Shown piece after piece: positions 44,935 to 57,756 of a stretch of 64,000 nt of DNA. Positions within the stretch are counted from its first letter, which is position 1; every line of letters starts with the position of its first letter. Both the position numbers and the translations under genes were made by a program. The DNA is taken from assembly GCA_030141605.1 (NCBI GenBank), contig JAQGDQ010000441.1, forward strand, positions 1 through 64,000, written 5' to 3'. The notes under the pieces are model-generated. The model saw only the letters and a program-made list of their open reading frames with translations. It did not search any database and had not been told where the DNA came from. Source of the DNA: Tubiluchus corallicola (lineage: Eukaryota; Animalia; Priapulida).

Positions 44935-47363
44935 GTACTTGTTTGATAAATTACCCTAATTCATGTGCAGAAATATTTATTATTTATGGGTAATTGTAGC
45001 TCGACTGGTAACCAAAAATTACAGCAAAACACAATAATTTAAATTACGCAAAGTGGTCCCCGTACGAAGAGAACAACATAGTACAGCATATCATACAGTA
45101 CAAGTGTAAACATTAGTACTAAACTTTACGTACCCATGACAACCGTTCAAAGGGACAACATAGTGCAACATATATATATACAGTACAATAATGTAAGTGT
45201 AAACATTAGTACTAAGTTTTACGTACCCATGACAACCGTTCAAAGGGGGACAACATAGTGCAGCATATATATATATATATATACAGTACAATAATGTAAG
45301 TGTAAACAATAGTACTAAACTTTACGTACCTATAACAATGACAGTTAACAGAAAGTACAAAATTAGGAAAAAAACATTACGAGTTTTGTTAGAGATGGCT
45401 GTGCAGGCGAGTTCTAAAAGTAGTTTAATTTAGGGGCATTTACAACTTCAAATCGCAAATCGTACGTTTATTCCTCGACCTGCAAAACTGTACAAACGCA
45501 CAATGAGTCGATCTTGTGGCTTTGTAAGCTTTAAATTATGTCCACGAAGCTTTGTGGTATTCATTTTCATGCAGTAAGTTCTTAAGTTTTTTCAAAATTA
45601 GCATAAAAATTCTCTGTCATGGCGTGAAGCCATGGCATTATTTTGCTGTAATTCGTGCTTACAGTTTTTTCTTTTTAGTTTTGAGCGTTTTTCCCCCGGA
45701 AAAAGGAAATTTAGGGGAACGTGTTCATCTTATCCTGAGATTATGGAAAAACTTTTTATGCTCTTGTTGCAAATGTATGTTCCCATAACGTAGCGCCCAC
45801 TTTTGGGTTTAGCAAGATATAGTTAATTCCAAAAGTCCATTTCAGGGAGAAATCTCTTTCACAGGAGTTTTCTGAATCAGCAGGAGTTAAAAGAAAGACA
45901 AAGCTGCAAAAAATGTTATGATTTAGCAATAAAACTGCAATAAGCGCCTAGTGTAATTTGTGAAATCACTTTAAGTCGCGATCACTTCATGCTCCGATTA
46001 TCAACATCCATTCTTCTTTCAATGACGTCATTCATCTTGAAGAAAAATAGCGCATTGTCAGTCTTCATTAAGAGCATAATAAGTTTTTACAAAAACATTA
46101 GATGGCTGATTTTGTAACATTTCCGCGTCAACATTAGGTAAGCTGCAGACATTTGAATTAGTTTAAGTAGCGCACGCTCACGAAAGGTCACGAAGTCTCC
46201 AAGTTACGTCATAATTTTCAAAAGAATGGTGGCAACCACCACGCCTGAAATTTTCTAGGTGGTATATTTTAGATTTATGCTTTATAGACAGTTTTTTACA
46301 AATTTCTTTGTTATAATTTTTAAGTTTAAGCGATAACAGTAAAAAAAGCCCAACGTACTGAGTGACTTGTTCTTTCCTTTAATAGATGTGAAAACAAATA
46401 TTAAACAAAAGCTTGTAAGAGTGGTGTAGTCATGTTTCTCGGCACATACATGTATGGGCTTTCAGCCAAAGGCTAGTAAATCTGTGAATTGTGGCTGTGA
46501 ACCCTCTTCAGTCAGCCAATCCCTGGTGTATTGCATTGCACATGTGACCGGACTGTAGGGGCTTGTTACCGAAACTGAATTTACGAACCGAAACCGAAAT
46601 TTATGAAACATAAGACCCCGATACCGAAATTGAACAGCAACATTTTTGCAAAAGCAACTATTATTAAAACTGAAAAAAAAAGAAAAATTCTAAAATAAGA
46701 AAAATATTTTATTTTTTGTTTGTCTGCTTTTATTTGCCGTGATGCAAAATTACTGATAAAAACACAAGAATGTTTTATAGTATAGAACCTGCAGTTTGAT
46801 GGAATGGCTTACATTAGAAAAATTAATGTGTTACAATGTTTTTGAATTTTAAAACTATCCTTAATGCTTATTAACGTTTAAAGATCATAATGCTTCACTA
46901 AAAATGAAATTTTATTTTGTAGATATTTTGTTGCCTATATTTTATAAATTATATAATTAAAAATGTGGTTTGATATTTCGGTTGATTGGGCCTGGAGACC
47001 CTAAAACTTCACAGTGATCAGCACTGAAGATGTGCCGCATTGCTGAAAAAGCTCATCGCAAACTGTAATGTAAACGAAATTTTCAATTTATTTGAACTAT
47101 TTTAGGCAAGATTTTTCATCTAGGAGGAAAGAAAAGGTAAACTGGGTAAATACTAGTAAAACCTCGTAAAAATGCTACGGAAAATTATCCAAAATTTTGG
47201 CTGTAGACAAAACTTAATAGATTTCACTGAAACTAAACCAAGAGTGCAATTATTGGCAAACTGAACCAAAAATTTCGTTTTGATAACATGCCTGCCTCAA
47301 GCCGAAACAGGAGTTTGAGTAACCACTTAACCTGTGTTACATGCAGTAATTAAAAAACTTGTA

Positions 47364-47722
47364 TATAGGTTTTACACGTGGACTCAGGAAAGTTCAAATA
47401 TGACTTAGGTAAGTCAAATGTAGAGATAGGAATTTCGAATGTGTTTTGGTAACTCAAATGTGACTTAGGTTAGTCAAATGTGGACACAGGAATATCGAAT
47501 GTGTTTTGCAAATGTGACTTAGGTAAGTCAAATGTAGACATAGGACATTTGACTTGGCATATGTCTACATTTGACTTACCAAAACTGCTTAAGATTTGTT
47601 GAAAACCATTGTTAACACATTTGAACTGCCTAAGTCTACATTTGAGTTACCAAGACACATTTGAATTACCTAAATCTACATTTGAGTTAACGCAGGTCTA
47701 CATTTGACATGTAAAACGTATA
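47364..47722. mobile_element. Family C MITE, internally deleted
   Basis: Same termini and subterminal repeats; the central AT-rich spacer is missing. Confidence 0.8.
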
Positions 47723-47751
47723 GTACCAATTTTTATTGTATGCTGTTATAG

Positions 47752-47868
47752 GTTCTCGTAGAAAAACTGCTAAGATCGTGTCCAGATATTGAAAAGATAT
47801 ACGTTCTCATCAGACCAAAATCGGGAAAGAGTGCAAGTCAACGTTTAGAAGCAATTTTGCATTGCAAG
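47752..47868 (+). CDS. FAR: FAR coding exon 2
   Basis: TAG|VLVEKLLRSCPDIEKIYVLIRPKSGKSASQRLEAILHCK|GT; phase 0/0. Confidence 0.95.
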
Positions 47869-48013
47869 GTACTAAAGTTTCGCTGTTATACGTAATAAAG
47901 TGTTGTCACGTTTTTAAAAGACAGTGTTTTGTTTACTGTATATTATGTAATAAACAGTATACAAATTTGCTGAAAGTAGAGAACTAATTTTCTTTTTTAT
48001 TACACTTTCATCT

Positions 48014-48220
48014 TTAAAGGAAGTCACGATGATTTTTCATACTTCGTCATTTTCAGATCTAATAAAAAGTATACATGTTAACGCAATTAATACTGAAGGC
48101 GTTTCTTGATAATTAAATTATTGATTACAATCTTAATTAATGACGTGTGGGCCAAACTATTGATGACATCAGTATCACCAACCGAACATAATTTTCAAAC
48201 CGCAAAAATATTCCATTTTT
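48014..48220 (+). mobile_element. Family A left-end fragment
   Basis: TTAA-AGGAAG terminus and similarity over ~200 bp. Confidence 0.65.
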
Positions 48221-48299
48221 GACAAACGCATCTTGAAAACGTAAAAGATTTCTAAATTATAAAATCAGAAATCAACTTTGCTATGCATACATTTCACTA

Positions 48300-48548
48300 A
48301 ACTGTTTAGTCTAGTGGTAACACGTCCGCTTTCCGCCAGGGAGGTCGTGAGTTCGATACAGAGGCCATGTCCTACCAAAAACTTTAAAAGTGGTACTTGC
48401 TGTTGCCCTGCCTGGCGCGTGGTATTTAGGGTAAAAGTGAGGTAGTAATAGTCTCTGTTATGTAGTTGTAGGTTGTTATTTAGGGTCACTCCAAATGTTC
48501 TTTGAGCTAATGTTAATTGTTGATCCAAAAAGCCAACTTTAAATAAAG

Positions 48549-48584
<36 letters not shown>
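48300..48584 (+). mobile_element. tRNA-derived SINE
   Basis: A-box-like TAGTCTAGTGG (48307), B-box-like GTTCGATAC (48351), central ACCAAAAACTTTAAAAGTGGTACTTGCTGTTGCCCTGCCTGGCGC resembling (from memory) the Meta-SINE core, then AATAAA plus (ATT)n tail. Confidence 0.75.
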
Positions 48585-48585
<1 letters not shown>

Positions 48586-48630
48586 GCAGTTTAACTATGA
48601 AAAAATCAAGATAATCTTTACATTTTTTAG

Positions 48631-48806
48631 TTGTTTGACAAAGTTCGCAGTGAACACCCCGGGAACTTAGGTAAAGTCATTGCTATTAATGGAGATATTG
48701 TCCAGCCAAATATTGGCATTACTGAAGAAGACATGTCACTACTGACTGATGAAGTATCCGTTGTTTTTCACTCAGCAGCTACGGTGAAGTTTGACGAACA
48801 TTTGAG
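48631..48806 (+). CDS. FAR: FAR coding exon 3
   Basis: TAG|LFDKVRSEHPGNLGKVIAINGDIVQPNIGITEEDMSLLTDEVSVVFHSAATVKFDEHL(R)|GT; contains the FHSAATVKFDE FAR motif; phase 0/2. Confidence 0.95.
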
Positions 48807-48857
48807 GTATTTAAATGAAATTGTATCGTTTTTAGAATACACTCATATCTCGGCTTG

Positions 48858-49312
48858 CAGGACATCGCTGGACAAAATCTGGACCATTAAAAAGTCCTGC
48901 ATACTACGGATACGCTAGTTTGCGGGCCGTAACTTTATTTACATTATTACGTCAACGTAACTAAGCAGCGTGCATACTACGGATACGCTAGTTTGTGGGC
49001 GTCACTTTATTTACATTAGTACATCAACGTAACTAAGCAGCGTGCAATGACACGCGTGTAGCTTGTATGTAAGCATGTTTAAGGGGTTTAGTCAGTGTGT
49101 GTAAGTGGTTTAGAGTCAATTATGCAGAGTTATTTGAATCAGTTGCCGACAGTCTTTATTATACTTTTTCATATGAGCGACCCGTACTAGATGTTTTTGA
49201 AACAATTAGGCGATTGATTCTACATTACCGTGAGTCTAATACACAGCACCTGCTGTATTAGATTAGTATCAGTTAATACGGACAATCGGCAAATTCGGTC
49301 CAACATCTCCTG
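48858..49312. mobile_element. MITE related to family D but with different TIRs
   Basis: CAGGACATCGCTGGAC...GTCCAACATCTCCTG imperfect TIR; interior aligns by eye with family D (cgctagtt..gggccgtcacttt, agagttatttga); contains an internal ~75-bp tandem duplication. Confidence 0.65.
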
Positions 49313-49800
49313 GCTTTTATCCAACAAACCGAAGTATTAGAAATATGCAGTTGTGCAACTTATTTGCAAGGAATCCAATTTACTACCATAGCTTCTTCTA
49401 GTGATTAGGACTTACTTAAAAGGGGAAGAAAGGGGAATTTTACATTGTGTCCCAAAAACTTTCTATACAAAGTTACATTGCTTATCTTTACTCTTACTTG
49501 TTTGAAATACTTACGTAATTAAAAAAGAAGTTTCTTAATAACTTAAAATGTTCGCACCAACTGGTGAAGTGCCTGTGTCTCACTATCCCAGTGTGCATCA
49601 CTGATTCACCATCCCAGTGTGCACTACTGGCTCACCATTCCAGTGTGCATCGCTGATTCACCATCCCAGTGTGCACTACTGGCTCACCATAAAACATATT
49701 ACTGATCTTATTGACAATATAAAGCAGCTTTTGCTTATTAGTAAAGAGTGCACTACTAATACTTTGATTTTTTTATTTTCAAACTTTATGCAACGTTATC

Positions 49801-50470
49801 TTAAAGGGCAAGAAAAGGGGTACCTGATGTAGGTATCAGAAAAATCGCCTTAAAAAATTATGCTACTTTACAGCAATTTTATGCACATGTTGTATTCGCG
49901 TTGAAAAGAATTTTTGTTTGTTTTCATTTTAAATCTCACGCAATACTGTTCCGATGGCGCCATTACATGACGTCACTGCGCCACGTAAATCAGGGGAAGA
50001 AAAGGCAGCGTTAGACATAAAAAACTCAGTGCAAATCTATATTACTTAGCATCTCACTTTCCTGCTGGAAAGACTTATGTAACTAAACTAATAATTTAAA
50101 ATGTTGGTGCCAATTGGTAAAATGTCGCTGACTCACCCTCCAGGGTGCGCCACTCACTAGCCAAAAACGTATTTTTAATCTTATTGACAAGACACAGTAA
50201 TTTAAAATTTGACTTAATTAGCAACATGTATGCTACGAATGCTCTGATTATTTTTTCTAACTTTACTTAATGTTATCTAAACTTATTTCAAACGACCTAC
50301 CATTAAAATGGCTGCGCCTAACGGTCATCGCGGGAGTTTAAATTTACACGTTTATACAGCGTTACGGCCGATGCAAGTCATGCATACGAAAAGTTAGTAT
50401 GTAAGTGGTATAAAATTACAAGAGATATTTTTCAAGCTTTATGCAAGTGGAGGGTTTTCTTGTGTTTCAA
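49801..50470. mobile_element. Family B element, opposite orientation
   Basis: TTAA-AGGGCAAGAAAAGGGG start; reverse complement of 6484-7156. Confidence 0.8.
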
Positions 50471-50566
50471 CTTGTTTCGTTTGTCTTCCCTTTAAAATGG
50501 CTGCGCTTAACGGTTAATCTGTTTCAAGTTTTATACAGCACTACTGTCAACTCAAGCTCTCTTATT

Positions 50567-50598
<32 letters not shown>

Positions 50599-50658
50599 CG
50601 TCGTCGTCGTCATCGTTGTTGTTGTTGTCGTCGTCGTCGTCGTTGTCGTTGTTGTTGC

Positions 50659-50700
<42 letters not shown>

Positions 50701-50715
50701 TTCAACTATGAGCTT

Positions 50716-51776
50716 GGTTGGTTGTTGTTGGCATCCTTCTGTCTCGAAAGACAATGGATTGTGCGCCAAGAGAGTCAGTTATTAATAAAATTGATGGAGC
50801 TGCAGCGTCGACTGTGACTGAGCAGTCCGATCCTTGAGCGGCAGTTCCGGCTGCAGGTTACACATTGGAAGGCTGTTTCATCCGGATGAGGTAGGGCATC
50901 TTTCTGGTGCCTGCGAGTCCTTTTATCCTCTTGTTTTTCCTCCCTCGTTTTCTCCGCTCTGTTAATGGCTGTCCTAACAGCAGATTTCCAGTTGCTTCGA
51001 TCTGCCGCAAGCGCCTCGTAATTTGCTGGTGTCATGCCGCCTGCCTTGAGGTCCCGTTTACATACATCTTTGTAGCGGAGCAGTGGCCTCCCGGTGGGTC
51101 GGGAGCCAGTAGCAAGCTCACCGTACAGAATGTCCTTGGGCAATCTGCCGTCCTGCATGCGGGAAACATGGCCTAGCCAGCGCAGACGTCTGTTGGTGAG
51201 TATGGCATACATGCTAGGGATTCCAGCTTTTGCTAGCACATCCTTGTTGGTTATGTGCTCCTGCCATGAGATGCCCAGGATTCTTCTGAGGCAGCGTTGG
51301 TGGAAAGCATTGAGCCTGCGTTCTTGATGGCTATACAGAGTCCAACTCTCGCTCCCGTACAACAGTGTGCTCAGTACACAGGCTTGGTACACCTGGGACT
51401 TTGTCCTGATAGTCAGCATGTTGTTTTCCCACACCCTCTTTGTTAAGCGAGCCATCGTTGATGAGGCCTTGCCGATTCTGGAGTTCAGTTCTGTGGCCAA
51501 GCTAAGATTGCTGGAAATAACAGAACCAAGATAGGTGAAATCTTCCACCACGTCAAGGCAGCAGTCATCGATGGAGATGTGAGAGGCTGGGGAAACATCT
51601 TGGCCTAGCACCTTGGTCTTCTGGATGCTGATTGTGAGGCCAAACTCACTGCAGGCATGGGCAAAGTTGTCAATGAGGCCTTGGAGGCCGGCTTCAGTGT
51701 GAGCTGTCAGTGCGGCATCATCTGCAAACAGCATTTCGAGAATGAGCAGCAGAAAACAGCAGAATGAGAAATGAAT
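50716..51776 (-). mobile_element. 5'-truncated RTE-clade LINE retrotransposon
   Basis: Uninterrupted ORF with RT motif MLFADD, FTYLGS, LLYGSESW, RRLRWLGHV and C-terminal CxxC..H..C; short 3' UTR and (CAA)-like tail; exact 12-bp TSD AACTATGAGCTT at 50704-50715 and 51777-51788. Confidence 0.95.
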
Positions 51777-52246
51777 AACTATGAGCTTATTTCGCATAAA
51801 TGTATACAGCTTACAAAGACAGAAGGATGTTAGTAAAGTAACAGATCTACAGAAATTCAACACTGTAATAATCACTCATTTCAGTAAATATAGCTCTTGT
51901 AATTACATTACAGTATGCAGTGTTGTAAGGAACTATAATAGGTATCTTAAAATATAATCTTTAAATGAGTTCTTAACCTTTACCTTTACATTTTCATTTA
52001 GATCTACAGTACAACCATATTTAAATCTTAAGTTTATTTGACGGTTATTTACATTGTAGCATAGCTTTGGAATTCTTAATGTGCAAGACTTTGCAAACTT
52101 TTTCCCACAAAATTTAACTTTCGACTATCTATTAAATAATTCGCAGGCATTGTGCCACAAAAATACATTAACAATTTGACGCTTTCATTTTGTCTCAAAC
52201 CGAATATTTTTCTATAAGCAGTGTTCCATTTTACCCTAGTGGCATA
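51777..52246 (-). mobile_element. Degenerate LINE 3' fragment, copy 2 (host of the RTE insertion; tail at 50562-50715)
   Basis: Minus-strand translation RVKWNTAYRKIFGLRQNESVKLLMYFCGTMPANYLIDSRKLNF resembles a post-RT LINE ORF2 segment; clade not assigned. Confidence 0.65.
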
Positions 52247-52389
52247 ACTTCGTTGTTTGATATACCCTCAATTTTGCATCAGTGTAACAAAATTGGTAGA
52301 CAATATGCATTGATTAGAGTCTTGAGCATGATATAAAATTTCAAGACATAGTTTTTAAGCTTTATTTATGAATAGTGCTTTCTTTTCTT

Positions 52390-53391
52390 TTAAAGCACAT
52401 GACCCCCCCAGTTATATCAAGCTTAAAAAATTCGTCTTGAAATTTTATATAATTTACATACTGCCTTTTTGCGTACCATATAAAACGTAAATTTAAACTC
52501 CCGTGATGACCGTTAGACGTAGCGTAGCTATTTTAATGATAAGTCATTTGAAGCAAGTTTAGATAACGCTGAGTAAAGTTTGAAAAATAATCAGAGCATT
52601 CGTAGCACACATGTCACTAACTGAGTAAAATTTAAAATTACTGTATCTTGTCAATAAGATTAAAAATATGTTTTTGGTTAGTGAGTGGTGCACCTGGAGG
52701 ATGAGTCAGCGACATTTTACCAATTGATGAAGCATTTTAAATAATTAATAATTTTCTTTTCTAGTTACATAAGTCTTTCAAGCAGGTAAGCGAAATGCTA
52801 AATAATATAACTTTTGCATGCAAAGTTTTTTGTGACCTAGTTTAACATTTTACTTTTCTTCCCGATTTTCGTTGTTCGTATATGACGTCATGTAATGGCA
52901 TCGTCTGAGCAGTATTGCGGGAGATTTAAAATGGAAACAAACAATAATTCCTTTTAACGCGGCTGTGTTATATGCATAAAATTGTTGTAAACCAGTGGTT
53001 CCCAAACTTTCTCAGACCGTTACCCAAATCGGGAAACCCGGTCGTGTCCATTACCCCCCACCTAGTACTACTTCTCCAACTCAAAAAGTAAACACACGTA
53101 TATGCCACAAGCAAGCAAAATTATTTATGTTTGTTCGTGACATAAATAAATTTCCAGGTGTTGTTGTTGTATTGTTGCCAATCTCTTCAAGCAGAAAACC
53201 ACGTAAAATGCATTCCGAGCGAAGTTTTAAAAATTTTCAGAGGGGTGCCCATTACCCCCCCCCCCCAAAAAAAACATATTACCCCGGGGGGTAATTTACC
53301 CCTAATTTGGGAACCACTGCTGTAAAGTAATATAATTTTTAAGGCGATTTTTCTGAAACCTACTTCAGGTACCCCATTTCGTGTCTTTTAA
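52390..53391. mobile_element. Family B element carrying a nested hAT MITE
   Basis: TTAA at both ends; collinear apart from the 52993-53319 insertion. Confidence 0.8.
52993..53319. mobile_element. hAT (Charlie-like) MITE nested in a family B element
   Basis: TIR CAGTGGTTCCCAAA...TTTGGGAACCACTG; 8-bp flanks TTGTAAAC/CTGTAAAG; other family B copies show the empty site. Confidence 0.85.
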
Positions 53392-53476
53392 ACCTTGTAG
53401 TGTGTTGATCTATAGTTCAATTGTTGCTCGCTTTCTGGATTGTTGTTCAACTTAGCATTTTATTCATCTTGTTTAG

Positions 53477-53549
53477 GTTAGCCGTACGTATGAATATGGT
53501 TGGTGTTACGCAAATAATTGCTCTGTGTCGCAACATGCCTAAACTGGCT
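53477..53549 (+). CDS. FAR: FAR coding exon 4
   Basis: TTTAG|(R)LAVRMNMVGVTQIIALCRNMPKLA|GTAAGT; phase 2/0. Confidence 0.93.
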
Positions 53550-53743
53550 GTAAGTTGTATATTTTATTAACTAAAACCAGCTCTCTTAGAATCCGTGCCG
53601 CTTTTCTAACAAAACTTTAATGAAAAGTAGCAATTATCATTGAGTGTCATAATCGTGTGAATGGAATCTTACAGCGTACTTTCCGATATTGTTTAATTAT
53701 ATGCTGCAAATTGTCATGAAATATTGTAAGTAAGTTTAGTAAA

Positions 53744-54110
53744 TGTTGTGGAGATCGCTGGCATCTATTAGAATTACATAGAACATTGTAGAATGTTCTA
53801 TTAGAATAATCGTCTTACGTTATAGAATGTTCTAGAAGGAAACGTCTAGAATGTTCCCTGGCACCCTATATAAGGCGAAGCAGGCCGCTGAGACACACGC
53901 AGATTCACACAGACGCCACTTACACATTCTCTTGTATACTTGTATTTTCAGATACCCTCAAACGTTTTCTAGATTTTCACGTTTACTGTAAACATTTCAC
54001 GTTCCTTCATACTTTTGTGTTGTAGAATTCTCGCTTAATAAACTAGTTTAATTTGACGGCGTGTTTTCTGGCTTTCTCTACGAGCCTTCCGAGAGAAACG
54101 AAACACAACA
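53744..54110 (+). mobile_element. Solo LTR, copy 1 (367 bp)
   Basis: TGTTGTG...CACAACA termini, TATATAA at 53867, AATAAA at 54037, 5-bp flanks GTAAA/GCAAA (one mismatch). Confidence 0.85.
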
Positions 54111-55307
54111 GCAAAAGCGGAATCTGTCGGAGAGTTGAGCTTATTTTACTATTTGAGGAAAATTATGGAAACTTTCACCAATAAAAATGTAACAAGGTCC
54201 GCATGTAATTAATAAAATCAATTTAAATTCGTAATCACTTCACGCTTTGGTGCACAGATTTTGACATAAAACTGCGTCATCTGGCTACCATGCAATATAG
54301 TCTCTCGCCTGGTGCTTAAGTAATCTTTCTTCGGCTTATAGAGTGAACTCTGTCAACTAAGTTAACTCTACGATGTGCTCACAAGTTTGCATGCATATGT
54401 GAAAGTCAACAATAATGTGTTAATATTTATAGTTTCAAAAAGTACTTGAAAAGGACCATTTTTGATTCATACTTCATTCATAATACAATTTTCATGGTTC
54501 CATGTCTCATGCAGTCGCAATATATGGCCGCCAAATGAATTATAATGCTATTTTAATATACCTTTATGTAAATTAAACATACACTGTGGTCATTTCTTCT
54601 CCTCTTTTCCTTCTTCCTATTCCTAATCTTACTATTTTTTTCCATTTCATCATGTCTACTAACCCTAACCATTCTTTCATTCACTCATTTGTGCCACCTT
54701 AATAAGCCAAGCTTTCAAGGTGTCATACAGCAACTATTTTATTTTGTTAATTTGACTTCATCAACGTTTTTTTACCTATACTGTTTCTTTTTGTTTCAAT
54801 AATATTGTATGATGATGTATTTTATGTGTATTGCTGGAGTGAAATAAATTGATTGATTGATTGTTAATTAATTATTTACATAATTAATGTATGCTAGTTA
54901 AACATTTTAAGGTATAATGCTGTGGATTAATGCTATGTAACCACTTTAAATTGGTCGTAATTGGTCCACAACTAATTTTTACATAAACACAGTTAAACAC
55001 AATGCTAGAATAGCGGAACCTTTGAGTGAACTTTAGAAGTTTCCCGACATGTACCTTCACCACGGCTTGCCTTCGCAGCATTCAGTCTGCCCAGCTGCCA
55101 CCAGCTTACATCACTTTTCTCAAATATGCAGCAGTAACGTTTATTTGGTGGGAGATAAGAAATATTTGAATCTCTTTTACATTTTTAGGCAAGGTATTTT
55201 ACGCGCGTATATTGTGTCGTGGTTTCAATATTTTTATATTAAAATACAGAAAGTATTGTTCGAGGGTTGGTCTTCCCGCAATGACGATGACCATGATCAT
55301 TATTGAG

Positions 55308-55829
55308 CAGGGATGAGAATTTTCCGCGGATATGCGGAATTCCGAGTTTTTGGGAAACCTGTAGTGCCATTTTTGTAAATCGCGTAAATTCGTTGGCAAA
55401 ATTTTTACGGACCCAGTACATTATTTCACAAACTGACCGCTAGTTGGCGGGCCGTCACTTTGTTTACATCATGTACATCAGTGTAACCACGTGTATGTCT
55501 CTATGTATAAAAATATAGAATCAATTGTGCGGAGTTATTTGAGTCAATTGCAGACAGATTTTATATACTTTTGCATAGGAGCAGCCATTATTTAGGCATT
55601 TTTGAGACAATAAGGTATCATGTATCCTTGATAGTTGGGTATTTTAAATTATGCATGAAACAAGGTAATTGGTATTTTAAGTCTCACTTAGAGGTTCTCT
55701 ATGGTCACAAAATTGCAATTTGTTGCTGGCTCCAAGGGGCTCGCCCCCTTGGACCCCCATGGGGGCCTATGTGGCCCCCAAACCCCCGGCCTGTTTCAGA
55801 GTTTTTTGCAATTTTCATTCTCATCCCTG
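55308..55829. mobile_element. hAT-like MITE family D, copy 1 (6-bp TSD)
   Basis: TIR CAGGGATGAGAAT...ATTCTCATCCCTG; TSD ATTGAG/ATTGAG. Confidence 0.9.
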
Positions 55830-55904
55830 ATTGAGTAAATGATGTTTAGCTTTTATGTCAAAGCTGGATTGCTGGATCGGTTCACATTAACATTCATTTT
55901 GCAG

Positions 55905-56011
55905 GCTTTCGTACACGTTTCTACAGCATATGCTAATTGCGATCGAGAACAGATTCTTGAGTGCATTTATCCTCCACCGATGTCACCTGAAAAACTCATG
56001 GATGCCGTAGA
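55905..56011 (+). CDS. FAR: FAR coding exon 5
   Basis: GCAG|AFVHVSTAYANCDREQILECIYPPPMSPEKLMDAV(E)|GTAAGT; HVSTAY motif; phase 0/2. Confidence 0.95.
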
Positions 56012-56724
56012 GTAAGTCGTCGTTATAAATATTTTTTTCCTAAATTACGAAGCCGATTGTCTGACATGAGATATGACAAACCCAGTCTTTCTTTTGTCTT
56101 TTTTTATTATTATTATTATTATTTATTAAATATATCCACAACGATCATTACAGCATTGTACATAAAAGTATTTAATAACATATTTATTATTATGTACACA
56201 AGATGCCAAGCTGCAAATGACCCGTGGGGTACTTGAGAAGTAATTACTTGTTTAGAGTACCCCAAATGAATGTGGACTGAGTGTAATAGAAAAGAGCAGT
56301 AAAGGAGTAGAAAAGAAAGGTTAATAGAGAATAGAAAGAAGGAGAAAGATGTGATGGTATCTGTGTGAAGTAACGTGAACTATAGAAATGTAAAAATTGA
56401 CATAGCCAGCAACACAATGGATTCTGACAGGGACAGCAGCGTAATTGATCAAATCGATTTAGTCTCTATAATTAGAAAAGATTTCACTTTTAAGATTTCT
56501 GACCTCGGAACAACAAAATTTAAATCTCAAAAAAACTTTACGGGAGACTTGACTTTCTACGTATTGTCTACAGATTAACACATTTTCAGATTTCAGAACA
56601 AGTAAATAATTTGAATTTCAAAAAAAATCTCAATTTTCTTCATATTGCCTACAGATTTTGTACAATAAAGTGGAATTTAAATGCATAGCTGCTCTTATGT
56701 GTGAATTTACTCAAATCAAAGGAA

Positions 56725-57574
56725 GCAAAATCATCCATAAGTCGGCACTTAAGTTTTCTAGTTATTCACGTATCCCGAATCTCCATTTCATGAGGATCAT
56801 TTTGATACCAAGTTCATCATTCTATGTTATTTTGTAAGCTGAGATAATCCACGTTGAAGTTGAGGTGCAGGCTGCGCACTGAAAAACATAATCTTGAGAA
56901 AATCACCGTTAAAGTTACCCATTGTTTTTGCAAACTTTAGTTGCAAAATAAGTCTGCATAGTTAAAATTACATTATGATGCTTCAAAGTAGAATGTACCA
57001 AAAATTTGTCAAATGTCAATTTTTTGTTTTTTATAAAAAATGCGCAAAATATATTGGCCTTTTACATTCTAGCATCAAACTACCAAGAAAATTTCCAAAA
57101 AATACTAAAAGTCTAATTTTACAACCCCGTACCCACTTTTCTAGCTGGAAATTAGTAATGCAATTGTAAAAAACTTGTATCTCCAAACCCCGATGGTAGC
57201 CTGTGGAAGCAGTCATTTTACTTCGGGCTTTTTTGTTGCCAAATCCAGATCTTCATCAGGAAGAGCCATCTACTGGATTTAGACATAACTTCAATTTGCT
57301 CTTGCAAAGTCTGCAGCAACCACCATTTTGTGCAGTTGCTAAGTGTTTTGTAGAAACGCGACAAAAAACAATGGCAAACTTTAATGGTAATTTCTCAAGA
57401 TTAAGTTTTTCAGTGTGTAGCCTGCACATCAACTTCAATGTGGATTATCTCAACTTAGAAATAACATAGAGCGATGAACTTGGTATCAAAATGATCCTCA
57501 TGAAATAGAGATTCAGGACATGTGAATGTGAATAACTAGAAAAGCTTAACTGCCGACTTGTGAACAATTTTGCT
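56725..57574. mobile_element. Long-TIR non-autonomous element
   Basis: About 205-bp diverged inverted repeats at ~56725-56930 and ~57362-57574; no TSD identified. Confidence 0.7.
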
Positions 57575-57756
57575 ATACAAGCTCTCAATCGTATACTTTG
57601 TATTTCATGTTTTTTATTTCTTCGTCATCAACAGATTTTTTTGTATCGAGTTCTACAATATGTCCAAATTTTGCAAAATAAATCTGTTTAAATTAAGTTG
57701 AGCATAGCGCATTTTCAAGTCGTTTTATTGTTATTGACTTGAACATCTTTGTCTAG

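Noticed and set aside
46556-47294. Possible hAT-Ac-like MITE with CCGAAA subterminal repeats
   Set aside because: TIR match is weak, no TSD, and no second copy in the window.
51777-51875. N-terminal extension of the 366-aa RT ORF
   Set aside because: Lies outside the TSD-bounded insertion; chance read-through into the host repeat.
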